Below are positions 43,041-52,893 of a stretch of 64,000 nt of DNA, piece by piece. Under the pieces are notes generated by a model. That model was given only the letters and a program-made list of their open reading frames with translations. It was not told where the DNA came from and did not search any database. Origin of the DNA: Pirellulales bacterium (GTDB taxonomy: Bacteria; Planctomycetota; Planctomycetia; Pirellulales; PALSA-1355); assembly GCA_963733035.1 (NCBI GenBank), contig CAVTBU010000005.1:1760001-1824000 (forward strand), read 5' to 3'. Both the position numbers and the translations under genes were made by a program. The stretch's first letter is position 1. Each line of letters opens with the position of its first letter.

Positions 43041-44141
43041 ATGCGGCTCACAAGGACGGGTGCCCTCTACACTCGATTACGCGCTGTGACGAAGGCAAAA
43101 ACGAAAAAGCGCGAGTTCAAGAAGCTCCGCGTGGCTGTGTTGGTACACGAGGATCTCGTGCCGCCCGAATCGCTCGAGGGCTACACCGACAAGGAAATCC
43201 AGGAATGGAAGACCGAGTATGACGTCGTCACCACGCTCCGCGAAATGGGACACGAGGTGCGGCCGCTGGGCGTCTGGGACGACCTCGGCAAAATCCGCAA
43301 ACAAGTGGATGAATGGCAGCCGCACATCGCCTTTAACCTGCTGGAGGAGTTTCACGGCGTATCGATCTACGATCAGCACGTCGTGAGCTATCTGGAACTC
43401 ATCCGTCAACCGTACACTGGCTGCAATCCGCGCGGCCTGATGCTGGCCCACGACAAAGCGCTTTCCAAGCAGATTCTTTCGTACCATCGCATCCTCACGC
43501 CGCGCTTCGCCGTTTATCCACTCAAGCGCGCGGTCAAGCCGACAAAGCGCCTCAACTACCCGCTGGTGGTCAAGAGCGTTAGCGAGGAAGCGTCGCTGGG
43601 GATCTCGCAGGCATCGATTGTAACCAGCGACGAAAAACTCAAGGACCGCGTGGAGTTCGTACACGAGCACGTGCAGTCCGACGCCCTGGTGGAAGAGTAT
43701 ATCGAGGGTCGCGAACTCTACGTCGGCATCGTGGGCAACCAGCGACTCCAGACGTTTCCCATTTGGGAACTTCAGTTCAAGAAAGGGGGAGACAAGGTTC
43801 CCCTGATCGCCACGGCCAAGGTGAAATGGGACTACGAGTATCAAAAGAAGCTCGGCGTAGAGACCAACGCCGCCCGCGATCTGCCCGAGAGTCTTGTCAA
43901 TGCGATCATCAAACAGTGCGTGCGCACCTACCGCTCGCTGTTCTTGACGGGCTATGCCCGCATCGATTTGCGGCTGGCCGAGGACGGTCGCGCCTACGTG
44001 CTGGAAGCGAATCCAAATCCGAACCTGTCCTATGGCGAGGATTTTGCCGAGTCGGGCGAAGCCGCCGGATTGAGCTACGAAGACCTGCTCCATCGCATCG
44101 TCACGCTCGGACGCAACTACAAGGCTGCCTGGCGGGCTTGA
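43041..44141 (+). CDS. D-Ala-D-Ala-ligase-like ATP-grasp enzyme
   Basis: FNLLEEF, PYTGC, DKALSKQIL, VVKS..EEASLGISQAS, LVEEYIEGRELYV, GYARIDLRL, LEANPNP. Start uncertain (43041 or 43086). Confidence 0.85.
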   Translation: MRLTRTGALYTRLRAVTKAKTKKREFKKLRVAVLVHEDLVPPESLEGYTDKEIQEWKTEYDVVTTLREMGHEVRPLGVWDDLGKIRKQVDEWQPHIAFNLLEEFHGVSIYDQHVVSYLELIRQPYTGCNPRGLMLAHDKALSKQILSYHRILTPRFAVYPLKRAVKPTKRLNYPLVVKSVSEEASLGISQASIVTSDEKLKDRVEFVHEHVQSDALVEEYIEGRELYVGIVGNQRLQTFPIWELQFKKGGDKVPLIATAKVKWDYEYQKKLGVETNAARDLPESLVNAIIKQCVRTYRSLFLTGYARIDLRLAEDGRAYVLEANPNPNLSYGEDFAESGEAAGLSYEDLLHRIVTLGRNYKAAWRA

Positions 44142-44265
44142 ATTCGGCCCGCACCCGCCGTCCCGGCGCAAGCCGCACAAACGGTCTGCCGCCGGGAGAA
44201 GATGCCCGAACCGATTTTGCCAGCGCGCACGACTTCGACGGTTGATCGGCCGCAGGGCCCTCCCC

Positions 44266-44316
44266 GTGCCCGATTAAAAGGTAAGGTTGGAAGTAATCAT
44301 TCCAACAATCGGGCAC
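44266..44316 (+). promoter_or_regulatory. Two-stem hairpin directly upstream of the kinase start codon
   Basis: GTGCCCGATT/AATCGGGCAC (10 bp) and GTTGGAA/TTCCAAC (7 bp), with a 10-nt bulge. Confidence 0.5.
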
Positions 44317-44320
44317 CGCG

Positions 44321-46648
44321 ATGGGTATGGAAAAATCGACGATTCTTGTCGTTGACGACGACGTGAGCGTGGCGCAACTGCAGACGCTGCGTCTCAAGCA
44401 CGCCGGCTACGACGTGTGCCTTACCGAGAACTCCGTCGCGGCCCTCGAGCGCGCGAAACAGGGCGACGTCGATTTGGCCATCGTCGACCTGCGGCTGGAG
44501 GACGATGTTACCGGCCTCGACCTGCTCGAACGGTTTCATGCCGCCGGTTTACACATTCCGGTCATCATTGTCACGGGGTTCAGTGAAGAAGCTACGGTGA
44601 TTCGGGCACTACGCGCCGGCGTTAGCGATTTCATTCCCAAAACCAAAGCCTATCTCGACTACCTGCCCGAGGCGGCCGAGCGCGTGCTCAAGCAACAGCG
44701 CACCGAGCGCCAGCTGGCTGAATCCGAAGCCCGCTTCGTCTCATTCATGGATAACGGGCCGGCCTTGTGCTACATCAAGGACCAACAGGGCCGCTTCCTG
44801 TTTGCCAACCGGCAACTGCGCCAGTTGTTCGACATCGGCGATTGGACCGGCAAAACCGTCTTCGATTTAGTGGCCACCGACCTGGCCCAGTCGGTCCACG
44901 ACGACGACATGGAAGTGCTGCGAACGGGCCAACCGAGCGAGAAGAACTACCAGGCCGATGAACCGGATGGATTGCTGCGACAGTGGGTGACCTATCGATT
45001 TCCCATGACGGACGTCCACGGCGAGCGGCTGCTGGGCGCGGTCACGGTCGACGTGAGCGAACCGGCCCGAGCCGAGGCCGCTTTGCGAACCTCCGAGGCC
45101 AAGTTCCGCTCGGTCAGCGAGTCGGCGACGGATGCTCTGATTTCCGTCGATCAATATGGCCACGTCATGTCCTGGAACAAGGCCGCCGCGCGAATGTTTG
45201 GCTACGCGGCCGAGGAGATGCAAGGCCAACCGCTCGAACGAATTGTGCCCGAGCGCTATCGCGAGGCGAACCGCGCCGCATTCGCCCGTATCGCGGCCTA
45301 TGGCAAGTCAGGCTTACGTGGACATCCGCTCGAACTGCACGGTTTGCGCCGCGACGGCAGCGAGTTTCCCATCGAGCTCACCGTCGGAAACTGGCAGGAT
45401 GGCGGCGAACTGTTCTTCGCGGGCATCGTGCGCGACGTGACCGACCGCAAGCGGGCCGAAGTAGAACTACATAAACGCGACGAGCAATTGCGGCATTCGC
45501 AAAAGCTGGAGGCGCTCGGAACGCTGGCCGGCGGCGTCGCGCACGAATTCAACAACCTCCTGCAAAGCATTCAAGGATACACCCAGTATGCCCGCGAGGG
45601 GCTCGACGAGGCGGATCCCCGTCGACAAGACCTCGACCTGGTGCTCAAGGCGGCGGACCGGGCCGCATCGCTCACGCGTCAGCTCCTCGGTTTTTCGCGG
45701 CGGCAAATGCTGCAGTACGCCGACCTCGATCCCAATCAGGCCGTGCAGGAGGCGGCGCGCATGCTCCGGCCTTTGATCGGCGAACACATTCAACTTGAAA
45801 TTTCACTGGGAGAGGATATTGGAACGATTCATGCCGATCCGACGCATCTGCAACAACTCCTGATGAACCTCGCGATCAACGCCCGCGACGCCATGCCCGC
45901 CGGCGGTCAACTGCTCATCAAGACCGAGGCCCTGCGGCTCAGTCACGAGGCCGCCGACTTCTATCCGGGGCTCAAGCCGGGACACTACCTATCGCTCACC
46001 GTTTCCGATACAGGCTGCGGCATGAAGCCCGAGGTGCTCGAACACGCCTTCGATCCGTTTTACACCACCAAGGATGTCGGCCAAGGCACCGGCCTGGGCC
46101 TGGCCTCGGTCTACGGCGTCGTCACGCAGCACCAAGGCACGGTGCGGGTCTACAGCGAACCGAACGTTGGAACGTCGTTCAAGATTCTGCTGCCGGTGGT
46201 CAAGCGGCCTGTCGAGGGCGTTCGCGCGAGGTCGATCGCCCCGCGAGCGCGCGACGATGAGACCGTGCTCGTGGCCGAGGACGAACCGCTAGTGCGCGAT
46301 CTGGTCGTCCGCACGGTCGAGTCGTCCGGCTACCGCGCCATTTGTGCCGCCGACGGCGCCGAGGCATTGGAAATCTTCCGGCAGCGGCACGACGAGATCT
46401 CGCTGGTCCTGCTCGACGTGGTGATGCCGGGGATGAACGGACACGAAGCTTACGACTTGATGCGACTGATCGAACCGAACGTCAAGGTGGTCTTCTCCAG
46501 TGCCTACGATCTGGCAACCGCCCAGCTCGGATTCATTGGCGACCATGGACTGCGGTTCGTCCCCAAGCCTTGCGAGCCCGCGGTCCTGCTGCAAACGATC
46601 CGCGCGGTGCTCGATGACAAAGCCGCGCCGACGGAAGCCGCTCGTTGA
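44321..46648 (+). CDS. Hybrid sensor histidine kinase REC-PAS-PAS-HisKA-HATPase-REC
   Basis: ILVVDDD; two PAS domains; AGGVAHEFNNLL; NLAINARDAM; FDPFYTTK..GQGTGLGL; VLVAEDE...LLDVVMP. Confidence 0.93.
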   Translation: MGMEKSTILVVDDDVSVAQLQTLRLKHAGYDVCLTENSVAALERAKQGDVDLAIVDLRLEDDVTGLDLLERFHAAGLHIPVIIVTGFSEEATVIRALRAGVSDFIPKTKAYLDYLPEAAERVLKQQRTERQLAESEARFVSFMDNGPALCYIKDQQGRFLFANRQLRQLFDIGDWTGKTVFDLVATDLAQSVHDDDMEVLRTGQPSEKNYQADEPDGLLRQWVTYRFPMTDVHGERLLGAVTVDVSEPARAEAALRTSEAKFRSVSESATDALISVDQYGHVMSWNKAAARMFGYAAEEMQGQPLERIVPERYREANRAAFARIAAYGKSGLRGHPLELHGLRRDGSEFPIELTVGNWQDGGELFFAGIVRDVTDRKRAEVELHKRDEQLRHSQKLEALGTLAGGVAHEFNNLLQSIQGYTQYAREGLDEADPRRQDLDLVLKAADRAASLTRQLLGFSRRQMLQYADLDPNQAVQEAARMLRPLIGEHIQLEISLGEDIGTIHADPTHLQQLLMNLAINARDAMPAGGQLLIKTEALRLSHEAADFYPGLKPGHYLSLTVSDTGCGMKPEVLEHAFDPFYTTKDVGQGTGLGLASVYGVVTQHQGTVRVYSEPNVGTSFKILLPVVKRPVEGVRARSIAPRARDDETVLVAEDEPLVRDLVVRTVESSGYRAICAADGAEALEIFRQRHDEISLVLLDVVMPGMNGHEAYDLMRLIEPNVKVVFSSAYDLATAQLGFIGDHGLRFVPKPCEPAVLLQTIRAVLDDKAAPTEAAR

Positions 46649-46760
46649 CCCCACCTCCGTGCGCCGAGCAACCGCCCCCAGCGGCGGCTGCGCGCGTCGC
46701 AACAAACCCGGCTAGCCCATTTGCTGGCATCGCGGTCCGCGCCAGTCTACAATCGCCTCC

Positions 46761-47858
46761 ATGACACCGATACGATTCATCATGGTTGGCGGCTTTTTGG
46801 GGGCGGGCAAGACGACCACCATCGGCCGGTTGGCACGCGCGTTCACCGAGGCCGGACACCGCGTCGGCATCGTCACCAACGACCAGGCGGCCGATCTGGT
46901 CGATACGCACCTGCTCCGCTCGCAGGGGCACGCCGTGGGCGAGGTGGCCGGCGCGTGCTTCTGTTGCCACTTCAACGATCTGATCAGCACGGTCGAAGGG
47001 CTCGAGGCCAGCGCACGGCCCGACGTGATCCTGGCCGAACCGGTTGGCAGTTGCACCGACCTGGTGGCTACGGTCGTGCAGCCGCTGGTGCAATTCTACG
47101 AAGAACGCTTCGACGTGGCCCCCTACGGCGTCATCCTCAAGCCGAGTCACGGGCTACGGATTCTCAAGCCCGATAGCAAATCGGGTTTTTCTCCCAAGGC
47201 CGCCTATATCTTCCACAAGCAACTCGAGGAAGCCGACTTTGTGCTCATCAACCGCATTGATGAACTGCCCGCCGGCGAAGCCGATGAGTTGAGCACACTG
47301 CTCGCGGCTCGGGTGCCCGACACGCCGCAGCTGCGCGTCTCGGCCAAGACCGGCGAGGGCTTTGATCGGTTGGTCGAGTTTCTCGATCAGCGGGGCGCTT
47401 TCGGACGTCGGATTCTCGAAATCGACTACGACACCTACGCCGAGGGCGAAGCCGAGCTCGGTTGGCTCAATGCCCGGCTTACAATCGCCAGTGCCGCGGC
47501 CATCGATCTTGACTCTCTGGTGCTCGATATCATCGAGCGCCTGAGCAAGGCCTTCGCCGCGGCCGAGGCGGAAACCGCGCACCTCAAGGTAATTGGCCTG
47601 TCCGACGCATCGTTCGCCGTGGCCAACCTGGTCAGCAGCCAATCGCCTGCCGAGCTCTCGCTCCCCTCGAACAGCCAAACCAAGGCCGCCGAGCTGATTG
47701 TCAACGCACGAGTGGCACTTGATCCCGAGCAACTTCAAACCGAAGTCCGCGTTGCCGTCGACGCCGCTTGCGCTGCGGCCGGCACCACGCCCAACTGGCA
47801 AGAGACCAAAAGCTTCCGACCCGGCCGGCCAGTGCCGACGCATCGGATGGCGCTTTAG
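46761..47858 (+). CDS. CobW/COG0523-like G3E metallochaperone GTPase
   Basis: GGFLGAGKTT, VTNDQ, GACFCC (CxCC), AEPVGSCTD, RVSAKTGEG. Confidence 0.88.
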   Translation: MTPIRFIMVGGFLGAGKTTTIGRLARAFTEAGHRVGIVTNDQAADLVDTHLLRSQGHAVGEVAGACFCCHFNDLISTVEGLEASARPDVILAEPVGSCTDLVATVVQPLVQFYEERFDVAPYGVILKPSHGLRILKPDSKSGFSPKAAYIFHKQLEEADFVLINRIDELPAGEADELSTLLAARVPDTPQLRVSAKTGEGFDRLVEFLDQRGAFGRRILEIDYDTYAEGEAELGWLNARLTIASAAAIDLDSLVLDIIERLSKAFAAAEAETAHLKVIGLSDASFAVANLVSSQSPAELSLPSNSQTKAAELIVNARVALDPEQLQTEVRVAVDAACAAAGTTPNWQETKSFRPGRPVPTHRMAL

Positions 47859-48164
47859 ATTCATTTTCGACTCCCATGTTGACTGGACCGGACGTCGGAT
47901 CGAGAAAGCGACGGCCCGCATGGCGGCGCCTGCATCGCACCGGTTGGATCGCGTACGCCGGGGCTGGCCGTTTCGGCGCAACGGTCGAGCTCCACGATCG
48001 GATGCCGCTGACGCCCTATTCGTACCGTGGCCCCGACGAGAAGACACAACTTGAGATTGTGCGCTGGCGATGACCGGCGGCACGCAAGCCGTGAAACGCT
48101 CAAAGGCCAACTCGGAGCCAATCGCTAGAACGAAGCGGATGCCTGCACCAGGCCAAGGTGAGCC

Positions 48165-48545
48165 ATGAAGTCACGACCCTTGAGACGGCTCCTGTTGATT
48201 AGCGGCATGGCGATCGTCCTGGTTGTTGCCACGTATCAAATCGCCTTCGAGTTCCCGGTGATCAAGTGGACGTACTTGCACGGCGCCGACTCAAAGCAGC
48301 CGGTGCTGCGACCGCCGACCTACGCGGAGTCCATGATCAGGCTCAAAGTCTGCTCGACGATTGAAGCAGTTCTCGTCATCGGTGCGTGGGTCTTCCTGCG
48401 CTGGTACAACGGCAAGGAGATTCTGCCGGAGAACAAACTACTCCCAATCGAAGGTGAGCCGATCAAGGGCGAGCTGCTCATGCCTCTGCAAGGGCTCGGC
48501 TATTGTCCGGCCGACGACAAGTCAGCCGAGCGCCTCAACGACTAG
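48165..48545 (+). CDS. Small membrane hypothetical protein
   Basis: 126-aa ORF with two hydrophobic segments and plausible codon usage. Confidence 0.5.
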   Translation: MKSRPLRRLLLISGMAIVLVVATYQIAFEFPVIKWTYLHGADSKQPVLRPPTYAESMIRLKVCSTIEAVLVIGAWVFLRWYNGKEILPENKLLPIEGEPIKGELLMPLQGLGYCPADDKSAERLND

Positions 48546-48675
48546 CCAACGGCGGCGAGAAGAAGACGGGCATCACGACACCAGCGGGCGTGCAGCGGCT
48601 TGCGAGGACTCGCGCCGCAATTTGGCGGATTGATCGCGGCCGACGGCTGCTCACCGTCTCTGGCCGCATCCACGC

Positions 48676-50169
48676 TTACCTTCCAGAATCCAGCAGCTTG
48701 CGAAGCTGGGCAGCGGCCTCCAGGAATCGCTCTTGCCTCAGCTTGTCGGGTCGCTTGGCGTTTTTGATATAGGCTGCGGCGCCGGCCTCTGCTTCGTCGA
48801 GGGACTTGCGAGCTTCGTCCAATTGGCCCGCGGCCTGTTGGTTGCGTGCTAACGCCAAGCGTTGGGCGAAACTGTCTGGATCGACCGCGAGGTACCGCAT
48901 GCGAAATTCGATGGCTTGTTCGCTCTTTCCGGCCCGTTCCAGGGCCAGAGCCGTCATGCCGATTGCGTCGAGCCACTTTTCACTTTTCGGTTCGGTCGCG
49001 TCGCGATAGTCGCGAAACGCCGCCAGCGTCCGTTCCAAATCAGGTTGACCGAGGAGCGAGGTTGCCTTGCGGCGCAATCGCGCCAATCGTCGTGGCGAAT
49101 TCTCGGCGGCATCGGCAATCAGGCCGTCGTAAATCGCGACCATTTCATCCACGCGCCCCAGTCGCTGCAGCATATGCGCTTCGTGCGAGAGTACGCGCAC
49201 GCGAAGGTCCGCCGACGGGGGTGGCACTTTTAGCAATCGCCGCGCATTGGCCAAGGCCTCTTCGCAGATCAAGGTTCGTTCTTCCGGCACCGCGTCCTTC
49301 TGCCAGCTCGACAGCTCGAGTTGAGTCTGCCGCGCTAGTTCCAGCCTCCAGCGCACGTCGTCGTCCTGAACGCTAGGCAGTGTTTGTTCGATATAGGCAA
49401 TTGCGGCCGGCGCATCTTCAACCCCCTTGAACTTTCTTAGTTCCCGGAAGATCGTCACGCCCGGTTGCTTCTCCCACGCCTTGCGCGTCGCAATCCGCTT
49501 CTCGTAGTACTTGGCGGTTTCGCCCGAATCGCCGTCGAGCGATTTGATTTCCTCCACCACGTCGCCGTAGTAGGCAAACAGCGGGTCCATCTTGCGCGAA
49601 TACATCGTGCCCAGGTTCAAGGCCACCGCTTGGAGCCCCTCGTGCAGTTTCTTGGCCCGCTCCGCGCCGGTGAGCTTGGCGGCCTCGGCCAGCGCGGCGT
49701 CACGGGCTTGCCGACCGGCGCGATCGAGACTTAGCTCCTGCAGAAATTTCTCAGGAGTGATGCCGGTGTTATATCCGGTATAGGCGACGGGCAGTCCCTT
49801 GGCATCGGCGACGATCACCGTTGGATAGCCACTCACCATGTAGTAGTCGCGCAGCTTCGGAAACCACTCCTTCATATCTCCTTCCAGATACTCGTCGGTG
49901 CCCGGATAGTCGAACTCCACCAGCACAAAGTCATCGGCCGCAGCGGCGAACTCGGGTTTACCGAAAACCTCGGCCTCGAGCCGTTTGCAGTATCCGCACC
50001 AACTCAAACCCGTGAAGTTGATCAACAGGTCCTTGCCCTCGGCCTGCGCGATCCGCTTCGCTTCATCCAGACGACGAACCCATTTGATCGCGGATTCATC
50101 CGCGCGCACCGGCGCTAGCGCCCCGAACATGGCCACTGCAAACAGCACCCAGAATTTCGTGGCCCGCAT
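48676..50169 (-). CDS. Secreted thioredoxin-like (WCGYC) protein with C-terminal helical/TPR region
   Basis: Signal peptide; KDLLINFTGLSWCGYCKRLEAEVF; GYPTV. Confidence 0.8.
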   Translation of the reverse strand: MRATKFWVLFAVAMFGALAPVRADESAIKWVRRLDEAKRIAQAEGKDLLINFTGLSWCGYCKRLEAEVFGKPEFAAAADDFVLVEFDYPGTDEYLEGDMKEWFPKLRDYYMVSGYPTVIVADAKGLPVAYTGYNTGITPEKFLQELSLDRAGRQARDAALAEAAKLTGAERAKKLHEGLQAVALNLGTMYSRKMDPLFAYYGDVVEEIKSLDGDSGETAKYYEKRIATRKAWEKQPGVTIFRELRKFKGVEDAPAAIAYIEQTLPSVQDDDVRWRLELARQTQLELSSWQKDAVPEERTLICEEALANARRLLKVPPPSADLRVRVLSHEAHMLQRLGRVDEMVAIYDGLIADAAENSPRRLARLRRKATSLLGQPDLERTLAAFRDYRDATEPKSEKWLDAIGMTALALERAGKSEQAIEFRMRYLAVDPDSFAQRLALARNQQAAGQLDEARKSLDEAEAGAAAYIKNAKRPDKLRQERFLEAAAQLRKLLDSGR

Positions 50170-50335
50170 GATGTTGCCCTCCGGTGCGAGGAACGGAATC
50201 AGAGAACGATCACTCTCCAATTAACGCCGAACAGCACCCCACAATCTACTCAGTCTGGCGGCGTCAATCACGCATCTCCCGCAAAAAAGCCTGCGAATGC
50301 CCAACGCGAGCAGGCCGTGTTGCCCCTGGGGCCGC

Positions 50336-50364
50336 TTGCCGCAGGCCTCGACTGTGTTGATAAT
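50336..50364 (+). promoter_or_regulatory. Sigma70-type promoter
   Basis: TTGCCG-N17-GATAAT upstream of 50419. Confidence 0.4.
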
Positions 50365-50418
50365 CGCTTCGAAGGGCTGAACTGTTAAAGATAGCGCACG
50401 GCTGCGCGACCCGACCTC

Positions 50419-51375
50419 ATGTGGGAGCGACCCGTGAAACGTTACCGTCTTGCGGCCTTGCTGGCTGCCTCACTCATCGCCGTCTTGCTAGTCGATCGTG
50501 GAATTGCCCAGGAGGCGGCCAAGACTTCCAACGCCGGGAAGCCTCAGGCACCGTCGGCGGAGTTGACCGCGATTCGCACTACCTCGCAAGCTTTCACCGA
50601 GGCGTTCAACCGCCAAGACCCGCAGGCGATCGCCGAATTATGGACTCCTGACGGCGATTTCGTCGACGAGCTCGGCAACCGCTATGCCGGCCGCGATGCC
50701 ATCCAAGCGGCATATGCGCGGTTCTTCGCCGAAAACCCCGCGGCGCGGTTGCGCGTCATTATCGATTCAGTTCGGCTCCTGAACGACCTCACGGCCATCG
50801 AGGACGGCCGTACCACGATCGATCCACCACCGGCCGGCGCGCCTGGCATGGGCAAATACACCGCCATTCACATCAAGGTCGATGGTAAGTGGTTGATGTC
50901 GACGGTGCGCGAGACACGAATCGAAACTCCCTCGGCTTACAATCACGTTGCCGATCTGGAATGGCTCATCGGTACCTGGACGGCCGAACAGCACGGTGCA
51001 AAAACCGAATCGGTCTGCCGCTGGGTGGCAAACAAGAGCTTTGTCGAGCGCAATTACACAACCACCCTCGCTGACGGCACGTCGACTGCCGGCGTGCAAC
51101 TGATCGGTTGGAATCCTCGCGTGGGTCATGTTCAGTCGTGGAACTTCAGCGCTGACGGCGGGCATGCCGTTGGCGTTTGGTCGCCTCAAGAAGATGGCTG
51201 GGCCGCCGAGGTTCACGGCGTCACCGGCGATGGCATCCCCACCGCGGCAGTCGTCCTGCTCAAACGCCTCGACGACAATGCCTACGTTTGGCAGTCCATC
51301 CGGCGCACCGTGGCCGAACAATCCTTGCCCGACACCGACGAAGTCGTCCTCCGACGTCGCCAGGCCGGGCCGTAA
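50419..51375 (+). CDS. Secreted SgcJ/EcaC (NTF2/SnoaL-like, DUF4440) domain protein
   Basis: FTEAFNRQD..AIAELWTPDG, GRDAI, AIEDG, KVDGKWLM, LEWLIGTW, IGWNP. Confidence 0.8.
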   Translation: MWERPVKRYRLAALLAASLIAVLLVDRGIAQEAAKTSNAGKPQAPSAELTAIRTTSQAFTEAFNRQDPQAIAELWTPDGDFVDELGNRYAGRDAIQAAYARFFAENPAARLRVIIDSVRLLNDLTAIEDGRTTIDPPPAGAPGMGKYTAIHIKVDGKWLMSTVRETRIETPSAYNHVADLEWLIGTWTAEQHGAKTESVCRWVANKSFVERNYTTTLADGTSTAGVQLIGWNPRVGHVQSWNFSADGGHAVGVWSPQEDGWAAEVHGVTGDGIPTAAVVLLKRLDDNAYVWQSIRRTVAEQSLPDTDEVVLRRRQAGP

Positions 51376-51427
51376 GCCCCCCTGGCGTCATGCTTCGAAT
51401 CGTCGCAAACATCCTGGAGACGTACTG

Positions 51428-52864
51428 ATGATCCGGCAACTCCAACTCACCGCTTTGTGCCTGGCATTGATCGTCGGGCTGTCGTTCTCCAATTGTTGGG
51501 CACGCGGATTCGGCGGCGGGTTTCATGGCGGCGGTGGTTTCGGTGGGTTCCATGGTGGTGGTTTCGGCGGCGCCGGACGCAGCTTTGGTGGCGGTGGATT
51601 TCCAGGGGGAGGGTTCGGCGGCGCCGGCGGCTTCGACCGCGGCCTGAGCCGTCCCGGTGGCTTCAGCCCAGGTGGCTTGGACCGAGGAGCGGGCGGCTTC
51701 GATCGTGGTGCCTTGGGCCAGGGAGGCCTGAATCGCCCCGGTCAATTCGGTGATAGAGATTTCGGCGCCGGGGGTCTCGGTGCGGATCGGTTCGCGTCGC
51801 CCAGTCGCACGCAGCTCAACAGCTTTTTGGGATTGCCCTCGGATGAAGGACTGCACAACCTGGCTGGCAGCCGTCCGTTCTCCGGAGACAACTTCGATGT
51901 CAATCGGGGCACCGTGGAAGGTCCGCGCGGCGGCACTGCGGCCGGCGCTACGGTAACCGGCCCACGAGGCAACACGGTCGGCGGCGCCGCCGCCGAAGGC
52001 CCCGGTGGCGGAACGGCCGTGGCGCGCGGCGTTCAGGGTGCAGGCGGGGCCGCCGGTGTACGGGGCGCTGCCGAAGGTCCCGGTGGGCGCGTTGCCGCCG
52101 GCGGCGCGGTGCATGGGCCCGGCGGAGCCGTTGCCGCGCGCGGCGTGGTCGCCGGGCCAAGAGGCGTGGCCGGGGGCTTTGCACGCGTATCGCCGTCTGG
52201 ACGCTATACCTGCGCCGCCGCCGTGCGACGCAACTACAATCACTGGGGCGTGTTCGGCCGCCCTTGGTACGCCAATCATCCGGGCGCCTGGTTTGCGGCC
52301 GGTTGGGGCGCCGGAGCCGTATGGAGGGCGGCGACCTGGGGCTCCCTGGGTGCGTGGATGGGATACTATCCTGCCCAGCCGGTCGACTACGACTACGGCA
52401 ATACGGTTGTCTATCAGGACAACAGCGTCTATGTCGACGGACAGGACGAGGGCAGCGCGGAGCAATACTATGATCAGGCCGCCGACCTGGCCAACGCTGG
52501 GGCGCAGGCCAACGCGCCGGCCGACGGCGACTGGCTGCCGCTGGGCGTGTTCGCGCTCACGAGGCCCGATCAGAGCAAGTCGGATGTAACCATTCAGCTG
52601 GCCATCAACAAAGACGGAGTGATCCGCGGCAACAGCGACGACACGGCCACCGGCAAGGTCCAAGTCATTCAGGGCTCGCTCGACAAGCAAACGCAGCGGG
52701 TGGCGTTTACCGTCGGCGATAACACGTCGACCGTGGTGGAAACGGGCCTGTATAATCTCACGCAGGAAGAGGCTCCCGCCTTGATCCACTTTGGCAAGGA
52801 TCGCACCGAGCAATGGTTGCTCGTGCGTCTTACGAATCCCGACGCCGAGCAGGCCAAGAGCTGA
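51428..52864 (+). CDS. Secreted Gly-rich planctomycete 'protocadherin-like' protein
   Basis: Signal peptide; GGGF and GPxG repeats; WYANHPGAW, YDYGNTVVY, WLPLGVFAL, ETGLYNLTQ, QWLLVRL. Confidence 0.75.
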   Translation: MIRQLQLTALCLALIVGLSFSNCWARGFGGGFHGGGGFGGFHGGGFGGAGRSFGGGGFPGGGFGGAGGFDRGLSRPGGFSPGGLDRGAGGFDRGALGQGGLNRPGQFGDRDFGAGGLGADRFASPSRTQLNSFLGLPSDEGLHNLAGSRPFSGDNFDVNRGTVEGPRGGTAAGATVTGPRGNTVGGAAAEGPGGGTAVARGVQGAGGAAGVRGAAEGPGGRVAAGGAVHGPGGAVAARGVVAGPRGVAGGFARVSPSGRYTCAAAVRRNYNHWGVFGRPWYANHPGAWFAAGWGAGAVWRAATWGSLGAWMGYYPAQPVDYDYGNTVVYQDNSVYVDGQDEGSAEQYYDQAADLANAGAQANAPADGDWLPLGVFALTRPDQSKSDVTIQLAINKDGVIRGNSDDTATGKVQVIQGSLDKQTQRVAFTVGDNTSTVVETGLYNLTQEEAPALIHFGKDRTEQWLLVRLTNPDAEQAKS

Positions 52865-52893
52865 AGGCACACACGCATCGAAGGAGCGCAGCA

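Noticed and set aside
45100..45460. FixL-type heme PAS oxygen sensor controlling the island
   Set aside because: The position of the expected heme-ligating His reads N (RYREANRAAF), and the gene lies 9 kb from the island.
46761..47858. CobW GTPase as the HypB substitute for the hydrogenase
   Set aside because: 24 kb away with no linking evidence; hyp genes may lie elsewhere in the genome.
51500..52190. DNA repeat array or CRISPR
   Set aside because: The repeats are degenerate codons for Gly-rich peptide motifs, with no constant repeat-spacer structure. No CRISPR array, tRNA, rRNA or transposase was recognised in the window.
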